The position numbers and the translations under genes were made by a program. 61,911 bases of DNA from Ignavibacteria bacterium CG1_02_37_35 (GTDB lineage: Bacteria > Bacteroidota > Ignavibacteria > Ignavibacteriales > Ignavibacteriaceae), in NCBI GenBank assembly GCA_001871325.1, contig MNVA01000238.1:1-61911 (forward strand), in the 5' to 3' direction. The notes beneath the pieces are model-generated. The model was given only the letters and a program-made list of their open reading frames with translations. It ran no database searches and was not told the origin of the DNA. Numbering within the stretch: the stretch's first letter is position 1; each line of letters opens with the position of its first letter. Below are positions 1-9,934 of the stretch, piece by piece.

Positions 1-106
1 TTCCTTTAGCTTTTTTCCCAAGCAGCGTCATGGGAAAAACGTAGGCTCTTAGATTCTTGTTAGCGCTAACATGTTAACGATAATTGAATAACGAATAATG
101 AACAAG
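1..106 (+). repeat. Intergenic repeat unit A, copy 1 (touches window edge)
   Basis: Same 106-nt unit recurs at 190-295 (95/106 identical, ungapped, hand alignment). Contains stem TTTTTCCCA (12-20) / TGGGAAAAA (31-39) and palindrome TAACATGTTA (67-76). Confidence 0.85.
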
Positions 107-189
107 AAATAATGAATTTCGAAGTGAATGCAATCCGTATTTTAACTTCATCATTCGAAATTCCTTGTTCGATATTCATTATTCATTTT

Positions 190-295
190 TTCCTTTAGCT
201 TTTTTCCCAAGCAGCGTCATGGGAAAAACGTAGGAACTTAGAGAATCACTAGTGCTAACATGTTAACGATAATTAAATATCGAATAATGAACAAG
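190..295 (+). repeat. Intergenic repeat unit A, copy 2
   Basis: Direct repeat of 1-106 with a 189-bp period. The first 45 nt are identical; differences cluster in the central 25 nt. Confidence 0.85.
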
Positions 296-380
296 CCCGC
301 CAGAGGCCGGTTGATCTAAGAACAAGAATTGAGTTGAGGCTACTCTTCCTCCATACAAAAAGTTCAAACATGCGGCGATA

Positions 381-413
381 TAAAAAGCGGTAGTGTTATT
401 AGCATTACCGCTT
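381..413 (-). terminator. Rho-independent terminator after the yceI-like gene
   Basis: Stem AGCGGTA (386-392) / TACCGCT (406-412). Read on the minus strand, the hairpin is followed by a T-run (plus-strand A-run 382-386). Lies just downstream of the stop at 435. Confidence 0.6.
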
Positions 414-434
414 CAGTCGAAAGATCTGTGGCGT

Positions 435-1019
435 TTATTTTTGTAAACCGAATTCCAATTTTAGACTGATATCAACATCTTTGCCGACTACAAGTCCCCC
501 GGTTTCTACCGCACTACTCCAGGTTAAGCCGTAATCAAACCGGTTTACAGCGGTTGTAGCAACCCAGCCGGACTTTGTATTTCCCCACGGGTCTTTTATT
601 TCTCCGTTAAATTTTGTGTTAAGCGTAACAGATTTTGTAACGCCACGCATTGTAAAATCTCCGGTAATTTTGTAACCGTTTTTCCCTGCTGCTTTAATTG
701 ATTTACTCACAAAAGTTATTTCAGGAAATTTTTCGGACGAAAAGAAATCATCTGATTTTAAGTGTTTGTCTCTGTCGGCATTATCGGTATTGATTGAAGA
801 GGTCTTTATAACCGCTTCAACTTTTTCTAATTTTCCTTTAGCATCGGTAGTTATCGTTGCATCGAAGTCCAAAAATTTTCCTTCGACTTCCGAAACGACA
901 AGATGGCTGACCGAGAAACCGACTTTTGAATGCGCTTTGTCAACTTTCCAAGTTTGTATTTGGGCAAAAGAGCTTGCCGAGAATAAAAGCAGCGTGGCTG
1001 CGAGAATGAATTGTTTCAT
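435..1019 (-). CDS. YceI-like polyisoprenoid-binding periplasmic protein
   Basis: Signal peptide, then the WKVDKAHSKVGFSVSHL... pattern typical of the YceI family; 194 aa. Confidence 0.85.
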   Translation of the reverse strand: MKQFILAATLLLFSASSFAQIQTWKVDKAHSKVGFSVSHLVVSEVEGKFLDFDATITTDAKGKLEKVEAVIKTSSINTDNADRDKHLKSDDFFSSEKFPEITFVSKSIKAAGKNGYKITGDFTMRGVTKSVTLNTKFNGEIKDPWGNTKSGWVATTAVNRFDYGLTWSSAVETGGLVVGKDVDISLKLEFGLQK

Positions 1020-1052
1020 GTTTTTGTTTCCTTTTGTTTGTTATTGATTTTG

Positions 1053-1754
1053 TTAAATTTTTACATCGAACAGCATTAGTTCGGTGTCACTTTTAGCCGA
1101 AAAGGTTACTTCGTTTTCTGCTGAAATTTCTACTGCGTCGCCTTGAGATAACAGAGCATCCCCAAGAAAAAATTCTCCGGAAATAGTATGAATAAAAACG
1201 CCCCTGCCATTTCTAATTTTATATTTTATTTCTGATTCTTTTTCCAGATTAGCTAAATAAAGATCCACATTCTGACTTATAAATATTCTCCCTTCGCTTT
1301 TTTGGTTTGAAGCAACAAGTTGAAGTTTGTTTGTTCTTTCATCTTTAAACAGAGTGATTTGTTCGTAAGAAGGCGTTAAATCAGCTTGATCGGGCGTAAT
1401 CCAAATTTGGAACAGATGCACCTCTTCAACACCCGATGGATTGAACTCGGAATGGAAGACTCCTTTGCCGGCGGTCATTTTTTGCAAGTCACCCGCGTTG
1501 ATAATCGAATGAGTTCCCGTGCTATCGCGATGCTCAAGTGCGCCCTGTAAAACATAGGTGATGATTTCCATGTTTTTGTGGGGATGGGTCGGGAAACCTC
1601 CTGTTGGTGAAATAAAATCTTCATTCAGAACCCTCAAAGGACCGAATTGCATTCTTTCTCTATCAAAATATTCCGAGAAAGAAAAAGAATGAAAGCTGTT
1701 AAGCCACTCAATTTTTGTTCGTCCGCGCTGATTGCTTTTTATAATGTTAATCAT
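1053..1754 (-). CDS. Pirin family protein (YhhW-like cupin)
   Basis: HPHKNMEIITYVLQGALEHRDSTG cupin metal motif; 233 aa, a typical pirin length. Confidence 0.9.
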   Translation of the reverse strand: MINIIKSNQRGRTKIEWLNSFHSFSFSEYFDRERMQFGPLRVLNEDFISPTGGFPTHPHKNMEIITYVLQGALEHRDSTGTHSIINAGDLQKMTAGKGVFHSEFNPSGVEEVHLFQIWITPDQADLTPSYEQITLFKDERTNKLQLVASNQKSEGRIFISQNVDLYLANLEKESEIKYKIRNGRGVFIHTISGEFFLGDALLSQGDAVEISAENEVTFSAKSDTELMLFDVKI

Positions 1755-1762
1755 ATTGGTAT

Positions 1763-2389
1763 CTAATTTTTTTGAAAATCATTCATTTCGAAAAAAGGAT
1801 TTCCCCAGGCATTTCTAAAAACAAATTCGTCGAGAGGTTTTCGTTTCCTTTTGGTAAACAGTTCCCTTGCACGTGCTTCAAAATCTGCATTTTCCGGAAG
1901 ATAGCCAATCGCCAAAACTGAGACCGGCGAATACATTTCCGGCAGCTTAAAAACAACCTTTGCGCTGTCATGATGAAATCCGCCCATTTGATGAACGCAG
2001 ATATTAAGCTCTGTCGCCTCTGTTGTTAAATTTGCGACACTCGCACCAAGATCGTAAAGTGCATGAAAGTTTTCTGATCCGCTATGCGAAGATCGTAGAG
2101 AAGCAACAGTTAAAACCAAAACCGATGCTTGTGAAGCCCAGGCTTTGTTTCCTGTCATCAGGATAGAAATGATTTTTTTAAATTCATCAGAATTTTCTTT
2201 GGTGGCAACGATAAAACTCCACGGTTGTTCATTGTATGAGGAAGGAGCCCAGCGGGCAGCTTCAAAAAGAAGATTGAGGTCTTCTTGGCAAATGTTTTTG
2301 ACGGGATCAAATTCTCTCGGGCTCCACCTCTTTTTAATTAAGGGAAGAATTTCTGTTTTTTGTTCGTTAATCGTAGATTCGAGCATCAT
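1763..2389 (-). CDS. Nitroreductase family protein
   Basis: RWSPREFD ... APSSYNEQPW motifs of the NADH/FMN nitroreductase fold. Confidence 0.85.
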   Translation of the reverse strand: MMLESTINEQKTEILPLIKKRWSPREFDPVKNICQEDLNLLFEAARWAPSSYNEQPWSFIVATKENSDEFKKIISILMTGNKAWASQASVLVLTVASLRSSHSGSENFHALYDLGASVANLTTEATELNICVHQMGGFHHDSAKVVFKLPEMYSPVSVLAIGYLPENADFEARARELFTKRKRKPLDEFVFRNAWGNPFFEMNDFQKN

Positions 2390-2445
2390 TTTATTATTCT
2401 TTAAGTTATGATATTTTAAGTTTAAAGTATTAACACAAAAAATTT

Positions 2446-2904
2446 TTATTTGGTTCCCGACAAACCGGTTCCAAGTTTTTTTAGTAATCTGGAGAGCTCC
2501 TCTTGCTCTTTTTCCGTAAGGATAGAGGCGAGCTTCTCAATATGTTTTGCATGCTGCGAAAAAATATCTTCGAACAGGGTTAACCCTTTTGGAGTAAGCT
2601 GAACAGTTATGGTTCGTCTGTCAACTTTATTATATATCCTCTCAACAAGCCCCTCTTTTTCAAGATTATCCACCACAAGAGTCATGTTTCCCCCGCTGAC
2701 GAGCTGTTTGGTGCAGAGCGTTCCAATTTTCATTGATCCTAGATGCCCCAAGCTTTCTAATACGCTAAACTGTGGTTCGGTTAAATTAAAACCGCGGATG
2801 TTTTCCAATGATTTTTTGCTGAAGGTGGTATATGCTCTTGCAAGCTTTACCCACATCGAAAGAGCAAGGTCCTGTTTTTTGCCGTATTTTTTAGTTGTTC
2901 TCAT
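2446..2904 (-). CDS. MarR family transcriptional regulator
   Basis: 152 aa, winged-helix pattern (LTEPQFSVLESLGHLG ... VDRRTITVQLTPKG). Heads a co-directional MarR-nitroreductase-pirin-YceI gene string. Confidence 0.85.
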   Translation of the reverse strand: MRTTKKYGKKQDLALSMWVKLARAYTTFSKKSLENIRGFNLTEPQFSVLESLGHLGSMKIGTLCTKQLVSGGNMTLVVDNLEKEGLVERIYNKVDRRTITVQLTPKGLTLFEDIFSQHAKHIEKLASILTEKEQEELSRLLKKLGTGLSGTK

Positions 2905-3048
2905 CGAGTTGTATTTAATGTTAAATATTTCAAGTTCAAAATACTTAAACGCAAAGGAATTGTCAAGAAAAAAAAGTTAGGTATCTTTGATCAATTAAAT
3001 TATTCGGATAACATTTATAGATTATTATCATAACAAGAAAGATCCTCT

Positions 3049-6000
3049 ATGAAAAAATTTTTTCTCTTCTTCGTTTTCTCTTTACTATCTTTTTCACTTT
3101 TTGCTCAAAAAGAAGAGTCAAAAGATAAGTTAACCAGCGGCACTTTTGGCGGATTAAAATTTCGCGGCATTGGACCCGCTTGGAACTCTGGCCGTATTGC
3201 TGATTTTGCCGTTAATCCAACAAACACAAGTGAGTATTACGTTGCAACCGCAAGCGGACATTTATGGAAAACCACAAACAACGGAACAACCTGGAACGCA
3301 ATTGCAGACTCGCTTCCGTATTCGCTTGGTGTGGTCAAATTAGATCCGAATAACGCTAACGTTGTTTGGGTCGGAAGCGGTGAGAATAATCATCAGCGTG
3401 CGCTTGGTTACGGAACGGGAGTTTATAAATCTACCGACGGCGGACAAAACTGGGCTTTTCTGGGTTTAAAAGATTCGCGGCAGATCGGAGGAATTTGTAT
3501 TGATCCTCGAAACTCAAACGTTGTTTTTGTTGCCGCAGAAGGCTCTGTTTGGGGATCGGGTGGTGACCGCGGTCTTTATAAAACAACAGATGCCGGGAAG
3601 ACATGGAATAAAGTTTTAAACATCAGCGAAAATACAGGAGTAAATAACATCGCTTTTGATCAGCGCAACCCTGAAGTACTTTATGCAACTTCGGAACAAA
3701 GACGAAGACATATCTTTACAAAAATCGGCGGCGGGCCTGAGACGGCAGTGTATAAATCAACTGACGCAGGCACAACGTGGGAAAAAATTATGAAAGGGCT
3801 TCCTTCTGTTGATCTCGGCGGAACAGGACTCGCGGTTTCTCCGGTTAATCCCGATATTATTTACTTAAGTCTTGATGCTGCAGAAAAAAGTGGCGGATTT
3901 TTCCGGTCAACAAACCGGGGGGCAAGCTGGGAGAAGATGAGCGATAGGTATGCTTCCGGTCAATATTTTAACGAGATTTATTGCGACCCGAAAGACGCCG
4001 ACAAAGTTTATTTGATGGATGTGGTTTCTAAAGTCACGGAAGACGGTGGAAAAACCTGGAAACCTATCGGCAACAATGCTCGCCATGTTGATGACCATGC
4101 TTTATGGATTGACCCTTCCGACACAAAACATTTATTAATCGGTGGAGACGGGGGAATTTATGAATCGTTTGACAACGGAGCGAACTGGATATTTAAAAAC
4201 AATTTACCGGTAACTCAATTTTACCGCGTTAGCCTTGATAACAGTTTGCCGTTCTATAATATTTTCGGCGGAACACAAGACAACCAAAGCATGGGCGGTC
4301 CTTCACGCACTCTCTGCGAAGATGGAATTATTAACAGTGATTGGCTCATGACGGTCGGTGGAGATGGATTTTTTCAAGCGATAGATCCCACAGATCCAAA
4401 CATTGTTTATTCCGAGTGGCAGTATGGAAATATTATTCGCTATGATAAAAGAAGCGGTGAGTTAATTGAAATTCGACCCGAGCCTGCAAAAGGAGAAAAA
4501 ACATTTAAATGGTATTGGGATACTCCTTTTCTTTTAAGCCCGCATTCTCCTACGCGTTTATACATTGCAGCCGAAAAAGTTTTTAGAAGCGATGACAGAG
4601 GCGAGAGCTGGACGGAAATCAGCGGTGATTTAACGGCTCAGACCGACCGGAATTCTTTTCCTGTTATGGGGAAATATTGGAGCGTGGATGCATTAGCAAA
4701 AGATGCAAGCACTTCCCAATTTGGGTTAATTGTTTCGCTCGCGGAATCTCCTTTAAAAGAAAATCTTTTATACGTCGGAACTGATGACGGTCTAATTCAA
4801 GTAACCGAAGATGCGAAGACGTGGAGAAAAATTGATAATGTTCCGGACATTCCGAAGTTTACTTTGGTAAGCGATATTCTCCCATCTCGTTTTAGTGAAA
4901 ATGTTGTTTATGCTTCTTTCAATAATCATAAACGTGATGATTTCAGTCCTTATATTTTCAAAAGCAATGACAAAGGAAAATCGTGGAAATCAATTGCCGG
5001 AAATTTACCGGTGAACGGAGCTGTGAACACGATAGTTGAAGATCCGGTTGATCAAAATCTTATTTTTGTAGGAACAGAATGGGGGGTCTTCTTTTCTCTT
5101 GATGGCGGCGATAAGTGGATTCAATTGAAAAATGGAATTCCAAATATCAAAGTAACCGATCTCGCAATTCAAGACAGAGAAAATGATTTAGTGGCTGCTA
5201 CGTTCGGCCGCGGATTCTATATTCTCGATGATTATTCTGCCTTGCGTTCTGTTTCGAAAAGTTCACTTGAAAGAGAAGCAGTAATTTTCCCTGTGCGCGA
5301 CGCTCTCCTTTATCTTCAAAGCCAGGGAAGATACGGGCAAGGTTCAACTTACTTTAAAGCTCCCAATCCGGAATTTGGAGTTGCGATTACTTATTACATC
5401 AATGAAGTTCCTAAAACTTTAAAAGCGGAGAGAAAAGAAAAAGAGAAACCACTTTTCAAAGATGGAAAACCAATTCCGCAACCTTCTTATGAAGAATTAA
5501 AAGCAGAAGAATCTGAAATAGCGCCGTATCTTATTTTTACTTTTACCGATGAATCCGGTAACGTAATTAGAAAACTTACGAAAGCTGCCGGTGCGGGGGT
5601 GAACCGCATTACGTGGGATTTGCGTTATGAATCAACCGAGCCGGTTTCTGCGAAAGAAAATAAATTTAATCCGTCGGCGAAACAAAATAGTGCGTTGTTG
5701 GTTTTACCGGGAAAATATAAAGTTAGCTTGTCAATGGTTGTTCGTGGCAAAGAAAAACAACTTGCCGGTCCCGTTGAGTTTAACGCCATACCTTTACACA
5801 ACACCACGCTACCTGCGGCTGATAGAAAAGAACTTGTTGCATTCCAACAGAAATCTTATGAACTTGCAAGGACGGTTTGGGGCTTACAAAGACTTGCTCA
5901 AGAACTTCAAAATAAAATGGAAACAATTAAGCAAACTTTAAATAATACACCGTCGGCTTCTTTTGCGTTGATAATGAGAGCCGATGCAGTTTCAAATAAA

Positions 6001-6297
6001 CTTGATGATATTCTTTTTACCTTTAGCGGAAAGCCGGGAAAAGCAAGCGCGGAAGAAATTCCTCCGCAAGAAGTCCCGCTGAATTGGCGGTTGGAAAAAA
6101 TGATTTACGCGCAAACAAACTCAACTTCTAATGTTACAAAAAATCAAAAAGTTGCTTACGACGTTTTGTATGCCTCAATGCAGCCGATTCTTCAACAACT
6201 AAAACAAATCAGCGGTGTTGAAGTAAAAGCGATTGAAAACGAAATGGAAAAACTTGGCGCGCCATGGACGCCGGGAAGAATACCGGAAGTAAAATAA
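3049..6297 (+). CDS. Secreted BNR/Asp-box repeat protein (sortilin/VPS10-like beta-propellers)
   Basis: Signal peptide plus repeated S-x-D-x-G-x-T-W boxes (STDGGQNW, TTDAGKTW, STDAGTTW, TEDGGKTW, SNDKGKSW). Confidence 0.8.
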   Translation: MKKFFLFFVFSLLSFSLFAQKEESKDKLTSGTFGGLKFRGIGPAWNSGRIADFAVNPTNTSEYYVATASGHLWKTTNNGTTWNAIADSLPYSLGVVKLDPNNANVVWVGSGENNHQRALGYGTGVYKSTDGGQNWAFLGLKDSRQIGGICIDPRNSNVVFVAAEGSVWGSGGDRGLYKTTDAGKTWNKVLNISENTGVNNIAFDQRNPEVLYATSEQRRRHIFTKIGGGPETAVYKSTDAGTTWEKIMKGLPSVDLGGTGLAVSPVNPDIIYLSLDAAEKSGGFFRSTNRGASWEKMSDRYASGQYFNEIYCDPKDADKVYLMDVVSKVTEDGGKTWKPIGNNARHVDDHALWIDPSDTKHLLIGGDGGIYESFDNGANWIFKNNLPVTQFYRVSLDNSLPFYNIFGGTQDNQSMGGPSRTLCEDGIINSDWLMTVGGDGFFQAIDPTDPNIVYSEWQYGNIIRYDKRSGELIEIRPEPAKGEKTFKWYWDTPFLLSPHSPTRLYIAAEKVFRSDDRGESWTEISGDLTAQTDRNSFPVMGKYWSVDALAKDASTSQFGLIVSLAESPLKENLLYVGTDDGLIQVTEDAKTWRKIDNVPDIPKFTLVSDILPSRFSENVVYASFNNHKRDDFSPYIFKSNDKGKSWKSIAGNLPVNGAVNTIVEDPVDQNLIFVGTEWGVFFSLDGGDKWIQLKNGIPNIKVTDLAIQDRENDLVAATFGRGFYILDDYSALRSVSKSSLEREAVIFPVRDALLYLQSQGRYGQGSTYFKAPNPEFGVAITYYINEVPKTLKAERKEKEKPLFKDGKPIPQPSYEELKAEESEIAPYLIFTFTDESGNVIRKLTKAAGAGVNRITWDLRYESTEPVSAKENKFNPSAKQNSALLVLPGKYKVSLSMVVRGKEKQLAGPVEFNAIPLHNTTLPAADRKELVAFQQKSYELARTVWGLQRLAQELQNKMETIKQTLNNTPSASFALIMRADAVSNKLDDILFTFSGKPGKASAEEIPPQEVPLNWRLEKMIYAQTNSTSNVTKNQKVAYDVLYASMQPILQQLKQISGVEVKAIENEMEKLGAPWTPGRIPEVK

Positions 6298-6410
6298 AAA
6301 GGCTTCGTGTCTCAGTGACTCTGTGGTGAAACAAAAGTACTTTAACCACAAAGTTGCGAAGGCGCAGAGTAAATTCTTGTAAAACTTTTATTCTGAAATA
6401 ATATTTTATT

Positions 6411-7355
6411 ATGAAAACTACAAACAGAATCACCTCTCTTTTCAATATTGAATATCCGATCATTCAAGCGGGAATGGTGTGGGTAAGCGGGTGGAAACTT
6501 GCTTCAGCTGTTTCAAATGCAGGCGGTTTAGGATTAATTGGTGCAGGTTCGATGAAACCTGGATTACTTTGTGAACATATTCAAAAGTGTAAAGCCGCAA
6601 CGCAAAAACCATTTGGAGTAAATATTCCACTTCTCCGTCATGATGCAGATGACTTAATTGCAGTTACCATTGAAGAAAAAATTGAAATTGTTTTTACTTC
6701 CGCCGGTCATCCGGGAAGACACATTGAAAAACTTAAATCAGATAACATCAAAGTAGTGCATGTTGTTTCGAATGTTAAACAAGCGATGAAGTCGGAAGAA
6801 GTTGGCTGCGATGCTGTTGTCGGCGAAGGAGTTGAAGCCGGCGGACACAACGGCGGCGATGAGATAACAACGTTTTGTTTAATTCCGCAGTTGGTTGATG
6901 CGGTTAAAATCCCCGTGATTGCCGCTGGGGGAATTGCAGACGGCAGACAAATTGCCGCAGTGTTTTGTCTCGGAGCCGAAGCGGTGCAAATTGGTACGCT
7001 GTTCGCTGCAACGGTTGAATCTTCTGCACATCAAACTTACAAACGAAAAATTGTTGAAGCGAAAGACAATGATACAGTTTTGTCTTTTAGAAAAGTTGCG
7101 CTGATGAGAATGCTTAAAAATGAATTCGCTTTAAAATCAGTTCAAGCGGAAATAAAAGGTTTATCAAAAGAAGAGATGATTTCTTTCCTCAATCATAAAC
7201 GGGAGATGAAAGGTATTTTTGAAGGAGACGAAATTGAAGGGGCAATGGAAGCGGGACAAAGTTCCGGCTTAGTTAAAGAAATTTTAACCGTGCAGCAGGT
7301 TTTTGATAAATTGATAAGAGAATATCTTGCTACAAAACAGAAATGGTTCTTGTAA
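6411..7355 (+). CDS. Nitronate monooxygenase / NMO (FabK-like) family oxidoreductase
   Basis: PIIQAGMVWVSGWKLASAVSNAGGLGLIGAG and AAGGIADGRQIAA motifs. Confidence 0.85.
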   Translation: MKTTNRITSLFNIEYPIIQAGMVWVSGWKLASAVSNAGGLGLIGAGSMKPGLLCEHIQKCKAATQKPFGVNIPLLRHDADDLIAVTIEEKIEIVFTSAGHPGRHIEKLKSDNIKVVHVVSNVKQAMKSEEVGCDAVVGEGVEAGGHNGGDEITTFCLIPQLVDAVKIPVIAAGGIADGRQIAAVFCLGAEAVQIGTLFAATVESSAHQTYKRKIVEAKDNDTVLSFRKVALMRMLKNEFALKSVQAEIKGLSKEEMISFLNHKREMKGIFEGDEIEGAMEAGQSSGLVKEILTVQQVFDKLIREYLATKQKWFL

Positions 7356-7374
7356 TATAACAGTTTCTTTTAAC

Positions 7375-8247
7375 TCATTCTTTTTCGCTCAAAAGAATTT
7401 CTTTATACTTTGTTAAATTTTGAATCTGTTCTTCGCTCAGCTTCGGATATTCGAGATTTAATTTTTCTAAAGTTTCAACTATCACTTCTGAAACAACTAA
7501 TCGTGCAAACCATTTTTTATCTGCGGGAATTATATACCATGGAGCTCCTTTGGCTGCTGTTCCGGCAATAGTTTCTTCATAGACTTTTTGATACTCATCC
7601 CAGAGTCCGCGTTCCTTTAAATCCGAAGAAGAAAACTTCCAATTCTTTGCGGGATTTTCAATTCGCTCGAGGAATCTTCTTTTCTGTTCTTCTTTTGAAA
7701 CGTTTAAGAAAAACTTTACTGTAAGAATTCCGTTTTCGTATAGATATCGTTCAAAGTTACTGATCTGGCGGAAGCGGTCTTTCCATAAATCACCGGTCAT
7801 GAAGAGAAACGGAAGCTGTGAGGATTTTACATAATCGTGAACACGAACCACAAGTACCTCTTCATAATGCGAGCGATTAAAAATTCCAATACGTCCTCGT
7901 TCAGGAAGCGATTTGGTGATACGCCATAAATAATCGTGATCCATTTCTTCGGCCGAAGGCTGCTTAAAGCTAAAAACTTGAGTTCCTTGGGGGTTTAACC
8001 CGCTCATTACATGTTTGATAGCTCCGTCTTTACCTGCGGCATCCATTGCCTGGAAAATGATAAGAAGCGCCCACTTATTATCTGCATAAAGTTTGTCTTG
8101 TAACTCGGCAGTTCGCTTAACGTTTTTCTCAAGCAACTTTTGTGCACTTTCTTTTGATTTGAGTTTACCTGAATAGCTTGGCGAGTAATGGGAAAGGGAA
8201 AACTTCTTTTTAGAAACAACTCTGAACTTTGAAAGATCAAGATTCAT
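7375..8247 (-). CDS. ppk2: Polyphosphate kinase 2 family protein
   Basis: LLIIFQAMDAAGKDGAIKHV Walker-like PPK2 motif. I prefer the internal ATG at 8247 (MNLDLSKFRV...) because the 36-aa extension in the ORF track looks non-coding. Confidence 0.8.
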   Translation of the reverse strand: MNLDLSKFRVVSKKKFSLSHYSPSYSGKLKSKESAQKLLEKNVKRTAELQDKLYADNKWALLIIFQAMDAAGKDGAIKHVMSGLNPQGTQVFSFKQPSAEEMDHDYLWRITKSLPERGRIGIFNRSHYEEVLVVRVHDYVKSSQLPFLFMTGDLWKDRFRQISNFERYLYENGILTVKFFLNVSKEEQKRRFLERIENPAKNWKFSSSDLKERGLWDEYQKVYEETIAGTAAKGAPWYIIPADKKWFARLVVSEVIVETLEKLNLEYPKLSEEQIQNLTKYKEILLSEKE

Positions 8248-8391
8248 AACTACCTCTAACTTGATTTGAAAATTTGGCACTTCAAAATTCAATTTATAAG
8301 AACAAGAAGCAAGAAAAATTTTTAATTGAAGTGAAATTTTTAATTCATTCTGCACTTCTTTATTTTTAAAAAAAGAAACAAGGATTATCCT

Positions 8392-9882
8392 ATGAAAAAG
8401 TTTTTTCCGGTTTTACTGCTGATTTTATGGATCGCAAATTGCTCAAAAGCGCAGACGCAATTTCAAAATTTTCTAAACTACGCAAACACCATTAGCGATT
8501 CACTTCAAAAAAATGCGGTGCTCGATAGCTTTATTACTCATCACAAAGCAATTCGTATTCCTATTGCCGAAGAACATTTTGCTATATTTCTTTACAAAGG
8601 AAATGCTTCAACCGTCTCGGTTGCGGGCGATTTTAATGGATGGCAGCCTAATTTATCGTTAATCAGAGTATCAAAATCAAATTTCTTTTATACGGCAAAA
8701 TATTTTGAATTGAATGCCCGGCTTGATTACAAATTGGTGTTGAACAACAACAACTGGTATCTTGATCCATTAAATCCCAACATTTGTATCGGGGGTTTCG
8801 GACCGAACTCCGAATTAGCAATGCCCGAATATGTTCAGCCGGAGGAAATAAAATTTGATCCAGCAATCCCACACGGAAAGATTGAGCTGAAAACAATTAG
8901 CAGTACAAATGTTAACGCAACGTATCAAATAAAAATTTATTTGCCCACGGGTTATAATCCCGCGGAAAACAAAGTTTACCCCACCGTTTATTTTCAAGAC
9001 GGATTTGAATACATTGATCTTGCCGGGGCAGTAAACGTGCTTGATAATTTAATTTCTGCGAAGAAAATTGAAAATGTTATTGCCGTTTTTGTTCGACCGA
9101 ACAACCGTAATGAAGAATATGCGCTTTCAAAGAGGGCGCAATACCGGCTCTTTTTTGTAAATGAACTTGTCCCGTTTATTGATTCGATTTATAAAACCGA
9201 ACAATCGCCAAAAAGAAGATTAGTGCTTGGCGATTCCTACGGTGGAAATATTTCAGCTTTAATTTGTTATTATCATCCCGAAATAGTTGGCAACTGCGGT
9301 CTACATTCCGGTGCATTTCAAGAAAACAATTATGAGGCGTACAATCTTTTTATTTCTTCACCGAAAAAAGAAGTTAAATTTTCGATGGTGTGGGGAACTT
9401 ATGAACCGCTTTATCCGAACATGCGTCATTTTAGAGATTCACTAGAAGCAAAAAAGTACGATTACAATTGGTCGGAACTACCGGAAGGACATAGCTGGGG
9501 TTTGTGGCGCGCTAACATTGATTTTATGCTCGAATATATTTTTCCTTTTGTACCAACAGGAATTAATGAAGGATCAAATATTCCACCTGATAAATTTGAA
9601 TTGTACCAGAATTATCCGAATCCGTTTAATCCTGAAACAGTTATAGGCTATCAGTTATCAGTAAACAGTAAAGTCAGCTTAAAAGTTTTTGATATTCTCG
9701 GGAAAGAAGTTCAGACATTGGTCAATGAAGAAAAACCAGCCGGCGCTTACAAAGTTGAATTTAATCCCGGACAAAGATCAACCAACAACAAACTGACTAG
9801 TGGCATTTATTTGTATCAGTTAAGAGCGGGTTCTGTGGAAGGTGGATTTGTCCAAACAAAAAAAATGGTAGTGTTGCGATAA
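8392..9882 (+). CDS. Secreted alpha/beta-hydrolase esterase (enterochelin-esterase-like, N-terminal E-set/CBM48-like) with T9SS C-terminal sorting domain
   Basis: GDSYGG nucleophile elbow; C-terminal YQNYPNPFNPETVIGYQL ... SGIYLYQL tail typical of T9SS cargo. Confidence 0.75.
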   Translation: MKKFFPVLLLILWIANCSKAQTQFQNFLNYANTISDSLQKNAVLDSFITHHKAIRIPIAEEHFAIFLYKGNASTVSVAGDFNGWQPNLSLIRVSKSNFFYTAKYFELNARLDYKLVLNNNNWYLDPLNPNICIGGFGPNSELAMPEYVQPEEIKFDPAIPHGKIELKTISSTNVNATYQIKIYLPTGYNPAENKVYPTVYFQDGFEYIDLAGAVNVLDNLISAKKIENVIAVFVRPNNRNEEYALSKRAQYRLFFVNELVPFIDSIYKTEQSPKRRLVLGDSYGGNISALICYYHPEIVGNCGLHSGAFQENNYEAYNLFISSPKKEVKFSMVWGTYEPLYPNMRHFRDSLEAKKYDYNWSELPEGHSWGLWRANIDFMLEYIFPFVPTGINEGSNIPPDKFELYQNYPNPFNPETVIGYQLSVNSKVSLKVFDILGKEVQTLVNEEKPAGAYKVEFNPGQRSTNNKLTSGIYLYQLRAGSVEGGFVQTKKMVVLR

Positions 9883-9906
9883 AAAAGCCGGCATTTATAT
9901 CCGGCT
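9881..9906. terminator. Hairpin between convergent genes (likely bidirectional terminator)
   Basis: AGCCGG (9886-9891) / CCGGCT (9901-9906), preceded by A6 on the plus strand, which is a T-run after the hairpin on the minus strand. Confidence 0.55.
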
Positions 9907-9934
9907 CTGCAATTAACAAAATAGTTATACAGGA

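Noticed and set aside
6308-6317. The 10-mer GTGTCTCAGT is shared between the intergenic sites at 6308 and 19329.
   Set aside because: Exact 10-mers are expected many times by chance in 62 kb, and there is no flanking similarity.
8275-8290. TGGCAC upstream of the esterase gene looked like a sigma-54 -24 element, and rpoN is present in the window.
   Set aside because: The sequence 5 nt downstream is AATTC, not the required TTGC -12 element.
8248-8355. A 36-aa N-terminal extension of the PPK2 ORF, with similar extensions at 11114-11149, 11270-11305, 21786-21827, 25272-25328 and 26231-26278.
   Set aside because: The extensions lack signal or motif content. Internal ATG or GTG starts give canonical N-termini or signal peptides, some with GGAG upstream.
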